64,000 nt of DNA, from positions 32,304,001-32,368,000 of the forward strand of contig NC_086097.1 of NCBI RefSeq assembly GCF_963921235.1, in the 5' to 3' direction. The DNA comes from Mobula hypostoma. Taxonomy: Eukaryota. Each line of letters opens with the position of its first letter. The first letter of the stretch is position 1. Below the pieces are notes generated by a model. The model did no database searches. It was not told where the DNA came from and saw only the letters and a program-made list of their open reading frames with translations. The position numbers were made by a program, and so were the translations under genes. Shown in pieces: positions 52,501-64,000 of this stretch.

Positions 52501-53090
52501 GCTGGCTTTTCCAATGCCTTCATCGATCATCAAACAGGAAGAGTAAAGCCTCCCAGTTCCAGATATTGTTGATAAGACGAGAGCACTGTTCTATCAGACA
52601 CTGACGGCTGGTACAAGTTGTTTCAGTCCTGTGTAACTGCATCTACTTTTAGTAGTGGGGATTGGCTTTTAGCACCTCAAACCCTTCCACAAATCTATAA
52701 AGTGATGCCTAATCCAGACACCCCAGTGAATGTACAAATACTTGGTACATCTGTATATAACCTTGCTTATGTAACCATGTTCAGTGATCAACACAAGGGA
52801 GTTCATCTCCCTGATCTCCGATTTGCCAGTACTTTTTTCCGGATCTTTGGTTGTCCCTGTAGCTCAATCTTGAGGTGATTTGCATGGTGTTAAATTCAGC
52901 TCTGGAAGGGTTAAGTTGCAGAACCAGAATTATGAGATTCCAGAGATTTTAGTTAATTGGGATTGGTAGGTAATTTTCCTTTCAGTTCATACAAGTTCTT
53001 TGGCGGCGTGTGTGGGAGAGCATGCTGGTTTGCAGAACTCCTATCTAAACATGCCAGAAACTGATCGAGTATGACTGAGCGTTTATTTAG
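49330..53090 (+). ncRNA. SNHG10: Probable SNHG10-like non-coding snoRNA host gene (extent approximate; may continue further right)
   Basis: Divergent from GLRX5, contains scaRNA13 and has no credible ORF. Candidate splice sites: donor at 49431 and an exon at 52986-53090 (tttcctttcAG| ... TAG|GTGAGG). The name rests on synteny only. Confidence 0.55.
52483..52618 (+). ncRNA. SCARNA13: scaRNA13 / U93, guide-bearing (3') H/ACA domain
   Basis: Hairpin-H-hairpin-ACA layout: H box AGAGTA at 52540-52545, ACA at 52613-52615 plus 3 nt. Hairpin 1 pocket TCACGG/ATC pairs around U5 U53 (GAU-Psi-U-CCGUGG). Hairpin 2 pocket CAGATATT/ACTGA pairs around U2 U54 (UCAGU-Psi-U-AAUAUCUG). These are the known U93 targets, and the position is syntenic with human SNHG10/GLRX5. 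Confidence 0.9.
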
Positions 53091-54162
53091 GTGAGGTGGA
53101 ACTGATTACAAATGTACTGTGACCTCCACCCATTTTGTCTGCAAAAATTTAGTACTGTATTGGTTTATTGTTAAATGTACCAAGATACAGTGAAGAGTTT
53201 GTCTTGCATACTATTTATACTGGTCAAATCATTAGACAGTTCATTCAGCTAGAACACAATAACAATACAGAATAAAGTGTTAAAGCTACTGAAAAAGTGC
53301 CGTGCAGGTAAATGACAGTGCAAGATCTTTATGAGGTTAGGAGTCCATCTTACGTAAGAGGTCCATCTAAGGGACTCGTACCAGTGGGATAGAAACTGTT
53401 CTTGAGCCTGACTGTATATGCTTTCAGGCTTTTGTATCTTCTGCCTGAGGGTAGGGGAGGGAAGAAAGAACGTCCAGCGCGGGTGGAGTCTGTGATCATG
53501 CTGGCTGCTTCACGGAGGCAGTGAGGAATGTAGACAGAGTGCATGGAGGGAAGGCTGATTTCCATGATGAGTTGAGTTGTGTCCACAACGCTGCAGTTTC
53601 TCAGTCTTGGGCTGAGCAGTTGCCATACCAACCCATTATGTCTCCAGATAGCATGTTTCCTATGGTGAATTGATAAAATTTGGTAAGGCTTAACAGGGAC
53701 ATGCTGAATTTGAGGAAGTGGAAGTGTTAATGTGCTTTCTTGGACAGAACTGGTTTAGGTATCCTTGCATTTTAATCAAAAGTAATGTGTAACCTAAAAT
53801 CACTCCATAAATTATCAGTAATAAACACGTTAGCACAATCAGAATCAGGTTTATTATCACTGATGCATGTTGTAAAATTTGTTTTGCAGAAGCAGTACCA
53901 TGCAATACATAAATTATAATATAAATGACAATAAGAAACATTGAGTGTGTGTCTTCAGGCTTCTGTACTTTTGTCTTGATGATAGTAGTGAGAATACGGC
54001 GTGTCCTGATTGATGAGAGTCCTTAATGGAGATTGCCGCCTTTTGAAGATATCCTTGATGTTGGTGAGCCTAGTGCCCGTGATGGAGCTGGCTGAGTCAA
54101 TTACTTTCTGCCACACAATTGTGCAAGTCCCTTGTGCTGGGAGGCATTATTGTAAGGGATAA

Positions 54163-55236
54163 AAGATTCAAGATTCAAAGATTCAAAAAACTTTATTGTC
54201 ATTCTAACCATACATCAGCTCTGCAGGGCAGAATGAGACAGCGTTTCCCAGGAGCAGTGCAATCATAACATAACAAATACAACACTAAATAATAAAAATA
54301 ACAATAAATAGTAAAACGCAACAGCCACATGTCAGTTAAATCAGTTATAAGTGTCCAGTGCAAGTTAAAAGTGTCAAAAGCAGAGTCAGCTAGAGCAGCT
54401 ATTTAGCAGTCTGACAGCCTGTGGGAGGAAGCTGTTTAGTAGCCTTGTGGTTTTAGCTTTGATGCTCCTGTAACGTTTGCCCGATAGCAGAAGAATAAAC
54501 AGTTCATGGAGAGGGTGTGAGGGGTCTTTAATGATGTACCGTGTCTTCTGGAGGCATCGACTCTGAAAGAGGTCTTGGACAGAAGGTAGGGAGACCCCAA
54601 TAACCTTCTCTGCTCCCTTAACCGCCCTCTGCAAGGCTTTTTTGTCGACAGCACTGCAGCTGGAGTACTAGGTTGTGATGCAAAAGGTCAGCACACACTC
54701 AACCACGTCTCTGTAGAATGTAGTTAAGATGTTAGTGGGGAGTGATGCTTGTTTAAGCTTCCTTAGAAAGCGCAATCTCTGCTGGGCCCGTTTCACAATC
54801 CCAGTGGTGTTCCTGGACCAGGAGAGATTGTCCGAGATCTGCACCCCAAGGAACTTGATGTTTTCCACTCTCTCCACTGTGGAGCCGCTGATGCTGAGGG
54901 GTGTGTGCTCAGGCTGAGACCATCTGAAATCGATGATCATCTCCTTGGCTTTGGTGACATTAAGCATCAAGTTGTTATCCCTGCACCAGCTCTCTAGGTG
55001 TTTGACCTCCTCCCTGTACATAGTTTCATCATTTTTGCTGATGAGCCCCATCACTGTGGTATCGTCTGCAAATTTAATGATCAGGTTCTCCTTGAATCTG
55101 GCTGCACAGTCATGTGTTAGCAGTGTAAACAGCAATGGGCTAAGCACACAGCCTTGTGGGGATCCAGTGCTCAGTGTGATGGAGTCAGAGATGTTCCTGC
55201 CAACACGGACTGACTGTGGCCTCTCTGTCAAGAAAT
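54163..55236 (-). mobile_element. Rex1/Babar-type LINE, 5'-truncated, relatively young
   Basis: RT motifs [18 protein letters not shown] and IIKFADDTT (ORF 54668-55375), and a (TGAATCT)n tail. Older relatives lie at ~57200-58250 and elsewhere. Confidence 0.85.
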
Positions 55237-55336
55237 CAAGAAGGAGCAATCGGTCAGTTTGATGGGACACAATTGATGCATGAATGAGCATAGATTTGCT
55301 GCTGTAGTTACTGATAGCAAATACAGCAGTGCAGTG

Positions 55337-56658
55337 TAGTGGTCGCCAACCAGTCGATCGCAATCGACCGGTCAATCTTTGAGACTTTCCCAGTAGATCC
55401 CGGGAAAAAAAAAGAAAAAGAAATACACAAATACATTACGCCTGATAAACCTTTTGATACAAAAGCAAATTTTACCCCCAGAGTGCATATGTGAGTTGTT
55501 TTCAACCCACACTTCGTTGCTTTCCCTGGTTGTTGTGTGCTGACATCATGTGACTATTGCCGCTGTCTGTCAAATTTCCATGAAGCGTGAGAGAGCTTCG
55601 TTTATCTTAAACATAAGCAATGGGCAAACTGTCCAATGACGAAAGAAAACAACATGTATGGGTAAAAATGACTCACTTAGGCATTCATGACTTAACTAAA
55701 ATTTGATCAACTTTAATCAGTTTTGACTGTATTATGCTGCTATTTATATTATGTCAGTTATGCAAAAGTTTGATCAGTTGTACTGCTCTTTCTTTCTTTT
55801 GAATTTTTTGCCTTTGATAGCGTGAATTCATGTTTAGCATTTTGGATAGTGTGCTAGTAATTAGCATTAATTTTAGTTTTTACTGAAAAGTTAGCGTCTC
55901 TCTCTCTTTTGATTTAGCTGTTGTATTTTTTTCCAGCGTAGATTGCGCTGCATCAAAGTGACCAATTAGATTAGCTAAGAGTACCGACTGTTGCAAACAT
56001 CAATATATGGCACTCGCTGGTGATATCCTGCAAGGTAGCTAGCTAGCATGGCGGAGGCTCCACGAAAGAAGGCGAAAACGTACAAATTACATCCAGAATG
56101 GGAAGAGGAATTTCTATTTACCTTGGTGAAAGACCAGTGTGTATGTATGTTGTGCCACCAAACACGAGCACTGACTAAAAGAGGGAATCTGGAGCAGCAC
56201 CACAACACCAACCACCAGAAATTTAAAGACACCCAATCCCCCGCCAAAGAGCGCAATCCGTGCCAGGAAAGTTGAGGAGCTGAAATCCGGGTTGAAGGCC
56301 CAGCGATCGTTCTTCACAAAACATGCTGCTCAAAATAAGGCTGATATTGAAGCATCATTTTGTGTAAGTAATGAAATCATGAAACTTGAGAATTAAAGGG
56401 ATGAAGTATTGTAATATTCTTAAAGAAAGACAGCTATGGCCTATCAGATATGCTAGTTACAGTATTTACTTGTTAAATTAATTTGAAAGTTTGACAAAAG
56501 CATTTTATATAATTCAAATGCAATTAGCCCAAATAAAAGGCCTCAAGTTGGAAGTACAATCTGGGCTGTTTCTTCTCTAAATGATTTAGTAGGTCAATCT
56601 TGCCTTTCACTAAGGCCGAGGTAGGGGATCTTGGGCTTAAAAAGGTTGGCGACCACTA
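55337..56658 (+). mobile_element. hAT transposon deletion derivative (GTF2IRD2/EPM2AIP1-like N-terminus)
   Basis: TIRs TAGTGGTCGCCAACC / GGTTGGCGACCACTA, TSD GTGCAGTG/GTGTAGTG, and ORF 56048-56275 with a zinc-finger-like motif (WEEEFLF...CVCMLC...NLEQHHNTNH). Confidence 0.88.
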
Positions 56659-59089
56659 GTGTAGTGCTAGAGATAGTCGAACAGAAAACTCAAGCTGCAA
56701 GTTTGCATATGTCATTCGACACACAAGAAACCCATTGAGTCTGTCAGCTCCCAGAACAATCAACTCCCTTCTCACTTCTGTTTATCAGAGTCCGGCATTG
56801 GTAGCCCTGGTATTCTTTATCTTCCTCCAGCAGCACTCTCCAACACTCAACTCCCCTCTTCTCTCCCACCCCCATCACCTTCCTCTCAATTTTTCTCTCT
56901 CAATCTGCTTTCAACTATCTGCTGCCATGGTCCCCAACTCTATCCTTCTCCCTCCCCTACCTGGCGCAACCTGCCTGTTATTTTATACCCCTTCTTGGTT
57001 CAGTAATCACCCCGGGCTCCTGTCTCAACACTCACTGGCTACCTTTCCTCTCCACGGTTATTCCTGATGTAGGGGTTCGATCCAGAATATTCCCTGTAAC
57101 CTGTTCTTCTGTTTCCATCAACATCCCCGTCCTAGATTCTCCATTCATCTACATACCAGGGGCAACTTTGGATGTGAGAGGGATCGAAGCACCCATGAGA
57201 ATCAGAATCAGGTTTAATAACACTGGCATTTTGTTGTTTAGTGGCAGCAATACGTTGCATTACATAATAAAAAATAGTGAGGTAGTATACATGGGTTCAT
57301 AGACTGTTCAGAAATCTGATGGGGTAGGGGGTGGGGGGGAGAAGCTGTTCCTAAAATGTTGAGCATGTTTCAAGCTCCTGTATCTCCTCCTCGATGGTAG
57401 CAATGCGAAGAGGGCATATCCTGGGTGATGGGGTTCCTTAAAGACAGATGTTGTCTTTTTTTAGACATTACCTTCTAGCGGTGTCCTGGATGCTGGGGAG
57501 GCGAGTGCCCATGATAGAACAGGCTGAGTTTGCAACTTTCTGAAGCTTTTGTTCCAATCCTCTGCAGGAGCCTGTCCATACCTATGGTGAAGCAACCAGT
57601 TAAAATGCTCTCCACAGAACATCTTTAGAAATTTGTGAGCATTTTTAGTGACATACCAAGTATTCTCAAACTCCTTATGAACTATAGCCACTGTGGTGCC
57701 TTCTTTGTAATTGTGCCAGTATGTTGGGCGCAGGATAGATCTTCAGAGATGTTAACACCCAGGAACTTGAAGCTGCTTACCTTTTCTACTGCTGACCTTT
57801 CGACGAGGACCATTGTGTGTTCCTTGATTTCCCCTTCCTAAAGTTCACAATTAACTACTTGGTCTTACTGACGTTTTGTGTTTCGACACTACTCAACCAG
57901 CTGATCTATCTCGCTCCTGTACACCAGCTCGTCACCATCTGAAATTCTGCAACCATAGTTGTGTCATTGTCAAATTTATAGATGGCATGGGTGTAGAGAG
58001 AGTAGAGCAGTGAGTACTGGTACAGCCAGGTGATCAGGCTTGCCAAAGTGTAGATGTGGGATGGCAAGGTAAGCGACCTTAATAGTGGCATAACAGTGAT
58101 CAAGTGTGTTGGCTCTTCTGGTTCCACGGGTGATAATTTGGCGGTAGTTGTTCAGAGACTTTTTCAAGCTGCCCTGGTTGATATCCCCAATGAGAGGGAA
58201 GGCATCAGGGTGTGCTGTTTTGTGGCTGCTGATTACGGTGTTGTAACCTCGCGCAGTAACAGGGAGCACATGTAAACTCCACACAGACAGCGCCTGAGAT
58301 CAGGATTGGACCCTGCTGCAAAACTTTCAGTGCCGAAGTTAAGGCTTCAGAGGAGCAATATTCAATGGTGGCAACAGTATTCTCGTAGGGTACAGGGAGG
58401 CCTGCTGTCCATGGCATGGCCATTGAAGCAGCAATTGGGGGAATGTGATACAGACAGATTAAATAATATTTAACCTCATTTGTCACATGTACATCGAGAC
58501 AGTGAAATGGTTGTTTGTGTCAATGACCAACGCAGACTGAGGATGTGCTGGAGTCAGCCCCAAGTGTTAATATTCTTGTGCCAACGTAGCATACCCACGG
58601 CTTACTAACCCTAACCCTGTGTCTTTGGAATGTGACAGGAAACCCAGGTGGTCGAAGGGAGAGCAGACAAACTCCTTAAAGACAGTGGTGGGAATTGAAC
58701 CAATCACTGGCGTTGTATAGCATTGAGCTAACCACTATGTTACTATGTAGTCCTGCATGGAGAGAAAGGGACAGTAGTGAAATGGATTGGAAGAATAGTT
58801 ATGGGTCAAAGGTTGACAAATGAGACAAGTTTTGGTGTGGCGTCTTGGTCGGTGTGGACCAGTTGGGCCCAAGAGCCTGATTCAGTTCTGACCTGCAGTA
58901 AGTGGGAAGCTACATGTGCAGGGCCAGCACTGAGGGACTGTTACAAGGATAGAGAGGTCATACTGGGTAGATATTCATGTACAGTATCTAGTATATGCAT
59001 ACTGTGTAGGGACAGGACTGAGGATGAGTAGCATGGTCGGAATGGGTAGGACCAAGGGGGAATAGCACAGTCAGGGCGGTGGGTCAGGG

Positions 59090-59712
59090 GATGGGGAGCA
59101 GCACCACTTGGCCCATCGAATCTGCTCCATTGTGGCTGATTTATTATCCACCTCAAACCCATTCTCCTGCCTTCTCACTGTAATCTTTAACACCCTTTCT
59201 AATTAACAACCTATCTATCTTTGCTTTAAATATACCCATTGACTTGGCCTCCACGGCTGTTTGTGGCAATGGATTCCACATTCACCACCCACTGGCTAAA
59301 GAAGTTCTTCCTATTCTATTCTCTGTTCTAAAGTGATGACCTTGTATTCCCCACTATAGGATGCGTCCTCCCCATGTCCACCCTATCTCGGCCTTTCAAT
59401 ATTTGATAGCTTTCATTAAGATCTCCCCTCATTCTTGTAAACTCCAGCGAGTACAGGCCCAGAGCCATCAAACCCTCCTCATGAGTTAATTCTTTCATTC
59501 CTGGAATCATTCTTGTGAACTGCCAATGCCAGCAGATCCTTTCTTAGATAAGGAGTCTGAAACTGCTCATTATACCCCAAGTACAGTCTGACCAATGTCT
59601 TGTAAAGCCTCAGCATTGATTGTTGCTTTTATACTCTAGTCCTCTCAAAATTGATTCCAACGTTACATTTGCCTTTCTTACCATCAAATCAACCTGCAGG
59701 TTAACCTTATGA
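59090..59712 (-). mobile_element. CR1 3' fragment
   Basis: GLYSLEFTRMRGDL remnant and CR1 3'UTR. Confidence 0.8.
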
Positions 59713-61029
59713 GGACTAAGACAGCACCTGTGACCAATGGTGATGTCCTGCAGACAGTTCATGAAACTACTTGGTCTTCTTTCAAAAATGCTTCTACTAT
59801 GAACCTGGAGCCTGTATTTACAGTTCATAGAACTATGGTCAGGACTGGAGAGGAGTGGCATTGTTGGGGGGGGGGGGTCAAAACCGAGGGAGAGCAGGGA
59901 TAGCACCATGATCAGGGGTCAGGGGGTGGGTTGGGACCAAGGGGGAGTAGCATGATTGGTGGGGGGGGGTGCAGGTGAGTCAGGGTGAGCAGTGTCTGAT
60001 TTGTGTTGTCTCCCTTCCTAATTTAAAACTGAATACCTGTACAGGTGAATATCCATCTGACTCTGCATTTAATCTGCAGGTAGAAGCAGGCAGTTTCCTG
60101 TAGTTTGCTCTGGCAAGTGATCTCTGTGTGGAACTATCTGTGGGTACTTATGTTCTCATATTCCAACTCCTCACCCCTCCAACCATAGCCTTTTGCACAC
60201 TCTAGATGTAATCACTCCACCCTTGATGGCGATATGTTAAGCTACCTTTACCCTTATCTCCAGAATTGCCTTGTAAAACTCTTCACTCTATCTTTGTTTT
60301 ATTTTTAAGGTACTTATTAAAAATGTCCTTCACTAAACCTTTGACTATTTGTACTGAGACTTAAGACATAAGAGACTGCAGGTGCTGGAATCTGGAGGAA
60401 TGGTCAGCTGCAGGGACGCACTGGGTCGAGCTGCATCTGTGGGAGGTAAGGAACTGTCGACACTTAGGGTTGAAACGTTGCATCAGGATCTGTTGACAGA
60501 TTGGACCCTGATGCAGGGTTTTGACTCAAAACATGGTCAGCACCCCCAAAGATGCATTTTCATCTGCTGAATTCTTCCAGCAGATTGATTGTTGCTCTGA
60601 GATTTTTGGAAAATTTTATGGGCTGTTTATTAATACTGCTGTTAAGCACCTTGGAATGATTTCTTGGTAGAGGTGCAGGGTGTTGACAGAACTACTTTGG
60701 CAGCATTCCTCCCCATGGCTGAATTCACCCTCAAATGTGATGGTCCTGATGGTATTGCTCTTGCAAGGAGTGGGGATGAACACTGTGGATAAAAGGGCTC
60801 TTTTGGGTGCTGTAAGGGCTGTATGAATCAGAATCAGGTTTATTGTCATTGACATATGTCATGAAATGTGTTGTTTTGTGGCAGCAGAACAGTGCAATAT
60901 ATAAAAAATTACTAGTTACAATAATAAATGTATAAATAAGTAGTGTAAAAATAGAGCAAAACGAGAGGTAGTGTTCAGAAATCTGATGGCAGAGGGAAGA
61001 AGCCATTCTTAGGTGTGTGCCTTGGGTTC

Positions 61030-64000
61030 CTGGACCATAATAAACTATGGCAAATCCTTAAAGAAATGGGGATACCTGCACATCTGATCTGCCTTATAGA
61101 AACTTGTATGAAGATCAAGAAGCAACAGTTAGAACTGAATGCGGAACAACAAACTGGTTCAAGATTGGGAAAGGAGTATGACAAGGCTGCATACTGTCAC
61201 CCTACTTAATTAATCTGTATGCTGAACACATCATGATGAATGTTGATCTAGAGGACAATAGACAATAGGTGCAGGAGTAGGCCATTTGGCCCATCGAGCT
61301 AGCACCGCCAATCACTGTGATCATGGCTGATCATCCACAATCAGTACCCCGTTCCTGCCTTCTCCCCATATCCCTTGACTCCGCTATCATTAAGAGCTCT
61401 ATCTAACTCTTTCTTGAAAGTATCCAGAGAATTGGCCTCCACTGCCTTCTGAGGCAGAGCATTCCACAGATCCACAACTCTCTGGGTGAAAAGGTCTTTC
61501 CTCAACTCCATTCTAAATGGCCTACCCCTTATTCTCAAATTGTGGCCTCTGGTTCTGGACTCCCCAACATCGGGAACATGTTTCCTGCCTCTAGCGTGTC
61601 CAATCCCTTAATAATCTTATATATTTCAATCAGATCCCCTCTCATCCTTCTAAATTCCAGTGTATACAAGCCCAGCCACTCCAATCTTTCAACATATGAC
61701 AGTCCCACCATCCCAGGAATTAACCTCGTGAACCTCCGCTGCACTCCCTCAATGTCCTTCCTCAAATTTGGAGACCAAAACTGTACACAATACTCCAGGT
61801 GTGATCTCACCAGGGCCCTGTACAACTGCAGAAGGACCTCCTTGCTCCTATACTCAACTCCCCTTGTTATGAAGGCCAACATGCCATTAGCTTTCTTCAC
61901 TGCCTGCTGTACCTGCATGCTTACTTTCAGTGACTGATGAACAAGGACACCAAAACCTTGTTGCAACTTCCCCTTTTCCTAACTTGACACCATTCAAATA
62001 GTAATCTGCCTTCCTGTTCTTGCCACCATAGTGGATAACCTCACATTTATCCACATTAAACTGCATCTGCCATGCATTTGCCCACTCACCCAACCTGTCC
62101 AAGTCATCCTGCATTATCTCAACATCCTCCGCACATTTTACACTGCCACCTAGCTTTGTGTCATCTGCAAATTTGCTAATGTTACTTTTAATCCCTTCAT
62201 GTAAATCATTAATGTACATTGTAAATAGCTGTGGTCCCAGCACCGAGCCTTGCGGTACCCCACTAGTCACCGCCTGCCATTCTGAAAGGGACCCGTTAAT
62301 CCCTACTCTTTGTTTCCTGTCTGCCAACCAATTTACGATCCATGTCAGTACCTTGCCCCCAATACCATGTGCTCTACTTTTGCCCACTAACCTTATCAAA
62401 CCTTATCAAAGGCTTTCTGAAAGTCCAGGTACACTACATCCACTGGCTTTCCCTTGTCCATTTTCATAGTTACATCCTCAAAAAATTCCAGAAGATTAGT
62501 CAAGCATGATTTCCCCTTCATAAATCCATGCTGACTTGGACCGATCCTGTTACTCCTATCCAAATGTGCCTCTATTTCATCCTTTATAATTGACTCCAGC
62601 ATCTTCCCCACCACTGATGTCAGGCTAACTGGTCTACAATTCCCTGTTTTCTCTCTCCCTCCTTTCTTAAAAAGTGGGATAACATTAGCTACCCTCCAAT
62701 CCGCAGGAACTGATCCTGAATCTATAGAACATTGGAAAATAATTACCAATGCGTCCACGATTTCCAGAGCCACCTCGTTAAGTACCCCAGGGTGCAGACC
62801 ATCAGGCCCTGGGGATTTATCAGCCTTCAGTCCCATCAGTCTATCCAACACCATTTTCTGCCTAATGTGAATCTCCTTCAGTTCTTCTGTTACCCTAGAT
62901 CCTCCGGCCACTATTATATCTGGGAGATTGTTTGTGTCTTCCCTAGTGAAGTCAGATCCAAAGTACCTGTTCAACACGTCTGCCATTTCCTTCTTCAGCA
63001 TAATAAATTCACCCGTTTTTGTCTTCAAGGGCCCTACTTTGGTCTTAACTAATTTTTTCCTCTTCACATACCTAAAGAAGCTTTTACTATCCTCCTTTAT
63101 ATTCTCTATCTCCTTGGCTTTGCTTCAGCACCAATTTTTGACTCGCAGACCTGTCCGCCTCTCAGACTGGCAGTGTCTTCTGTCCCGACAGCTTCCAAGA
63201 GGGTGAACCTGTTTTCAAGAGGTACATCCCCCAGGGTTTCCTGTACTCCAAGCATCCATCCCTTCCTCATCGTTGCTCCCCTTCTCTCTTCTGTTGTCTT
63301 CGGTGTAATGATTTTGCTGTAGGTTCTGTCCAGAAAACTCTCGTTTTCCCAGATAAATCTGAGGTCATCCAGTTGCTTCTTCGGTGCCCCAACATGTCCT
63401 TCAGGAGCTGAACCTGGACACACTTTTCACAGTTGTAGCAGCCAGAGGCACCATCTGTGTCCCTGACCTCCCACATCATGCAAGCATCACACTAAATCAG
63501 TTTACCTGTCATTTCTTCACCACCTCTCACCCTCTCCAAATGTGGCGTAGTCTCCTCCCTCAGCCTCCTCGCCAAAGACTCTCGAGCAAAAGACTGGCAC
63601 TTTTCTCACAAGGCACTTCCCTCGATAAGGCCGCTCCCCTAGAGCAAACCTTGATTATATCGGATGATAAATTGACTAATTCACTGCACCTTTGCCAACC
63701 TTGAAGGTATGTGTTGCAGGCTGGTCCCGACCAGTTTTTAAATCACCCGCTCCTGAAAACAACAGAAAAAAGACTCCCAAGAGCTTGACTTCTCGGCCAA
63801 TCCCTGCACTCACTCCTTCACTTGCCACATCTTTGCCGACCTTGAAGGTCTCACTTTGGATCTGTCTTCACTAGGGAAGACACAAACAATCTCCCAGTTA
63901 CCTTGAAACTGAGATGCAGTTGGTAAGGACTCAAATGTTGGAATCAGAGTTGCCAGACGAAATATTAACGACCTCAGAAATGCAGATGATACTACTCTAA
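61030..64000 (+). mobile_element. RTE-clade (BovB-like) LINE RT fragment split by a CR1 insertion (61030-61256 and 63926-64000)
   Basis: DHNKLWQILKEMGIPAHLICL...QEATVRT...WFKIGKGV.QGCILSP, resuming after the CR1 as GIRVARRNINDLRNADDTTL. Confidence 0.85.
61257..63925 (-). mobile_element. CR1 LINE with 5'UTR, partial ORF1 and RT; endonuclease region deleted
   Basis: ORFs 63267-63479/63106-63423 (ORF1), 62396-63067, 61887-62399 and 61535-61966 (RT/C-terminus). AGGAC is duplicated at both ends. Confidence 0.92.

Noticed and set aside
52700..52815. Possible C/D box snoRNA (GTGATGC ... CTGA)
   Set aside because: The C box is imperfect, and I see no convincing terminal stem or antisense element.
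56048..56275. Domesticated GTF2IRD2/ZBED-like gene
   Set aside because: Frameshifted N-terminal fragment inside a TIR/TSD-bounded deleted hAT element.
60000..60340. Unique-looking stretch as terminal exon of the host ncRNA (acceptor-like CAG near 60045, ATTAAA near 60316)
   Set aside because: Signals are generic and cannot be linked to the host transcript without RNA data.

Overview
Vertebrate genomic DNA, most likely from a cartilaginous fish (ray/shark type). This is inferred from the repeat content: CR1 LINEs, HE1/V-SINE-like SINEs, Penelope, Rex1/Babar, Tc1 and hAT. Most of the window is nested transposon relics, and almost all ORFs in the track are TE fragments or noise. One clear protein-coding gene is present: GLRX5 (minus strand, two exons, 159 aa, CGFS motif). 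It lies head-to-head with a probable SNHG10-like non-coding host gene carrying scaRNA13/U93, whose guide pockets match U5 Psi53 and U2 Psi54 directly in the sequence. A GC-rich unique region at about 15-18 kb contains candidate first exons of an unidentified minus-strand gene, possibly spliced through a 6-nt microexon and running off the left edge. Notable oddities: a second H/ACA-like fold downstream of U93, a TSD-bounded unit with two different Gypsy LTRs in inverted orientation, two Penelope insertions at the same CR1 nucleotide, LINE-junction 56-bp arrays, modular hAT MITEs, and a BovB-like RTE fragment. I see no evidence of a wholly new multi-gene system. The unidentified gene and the scaRNA arrangement are the best leads.
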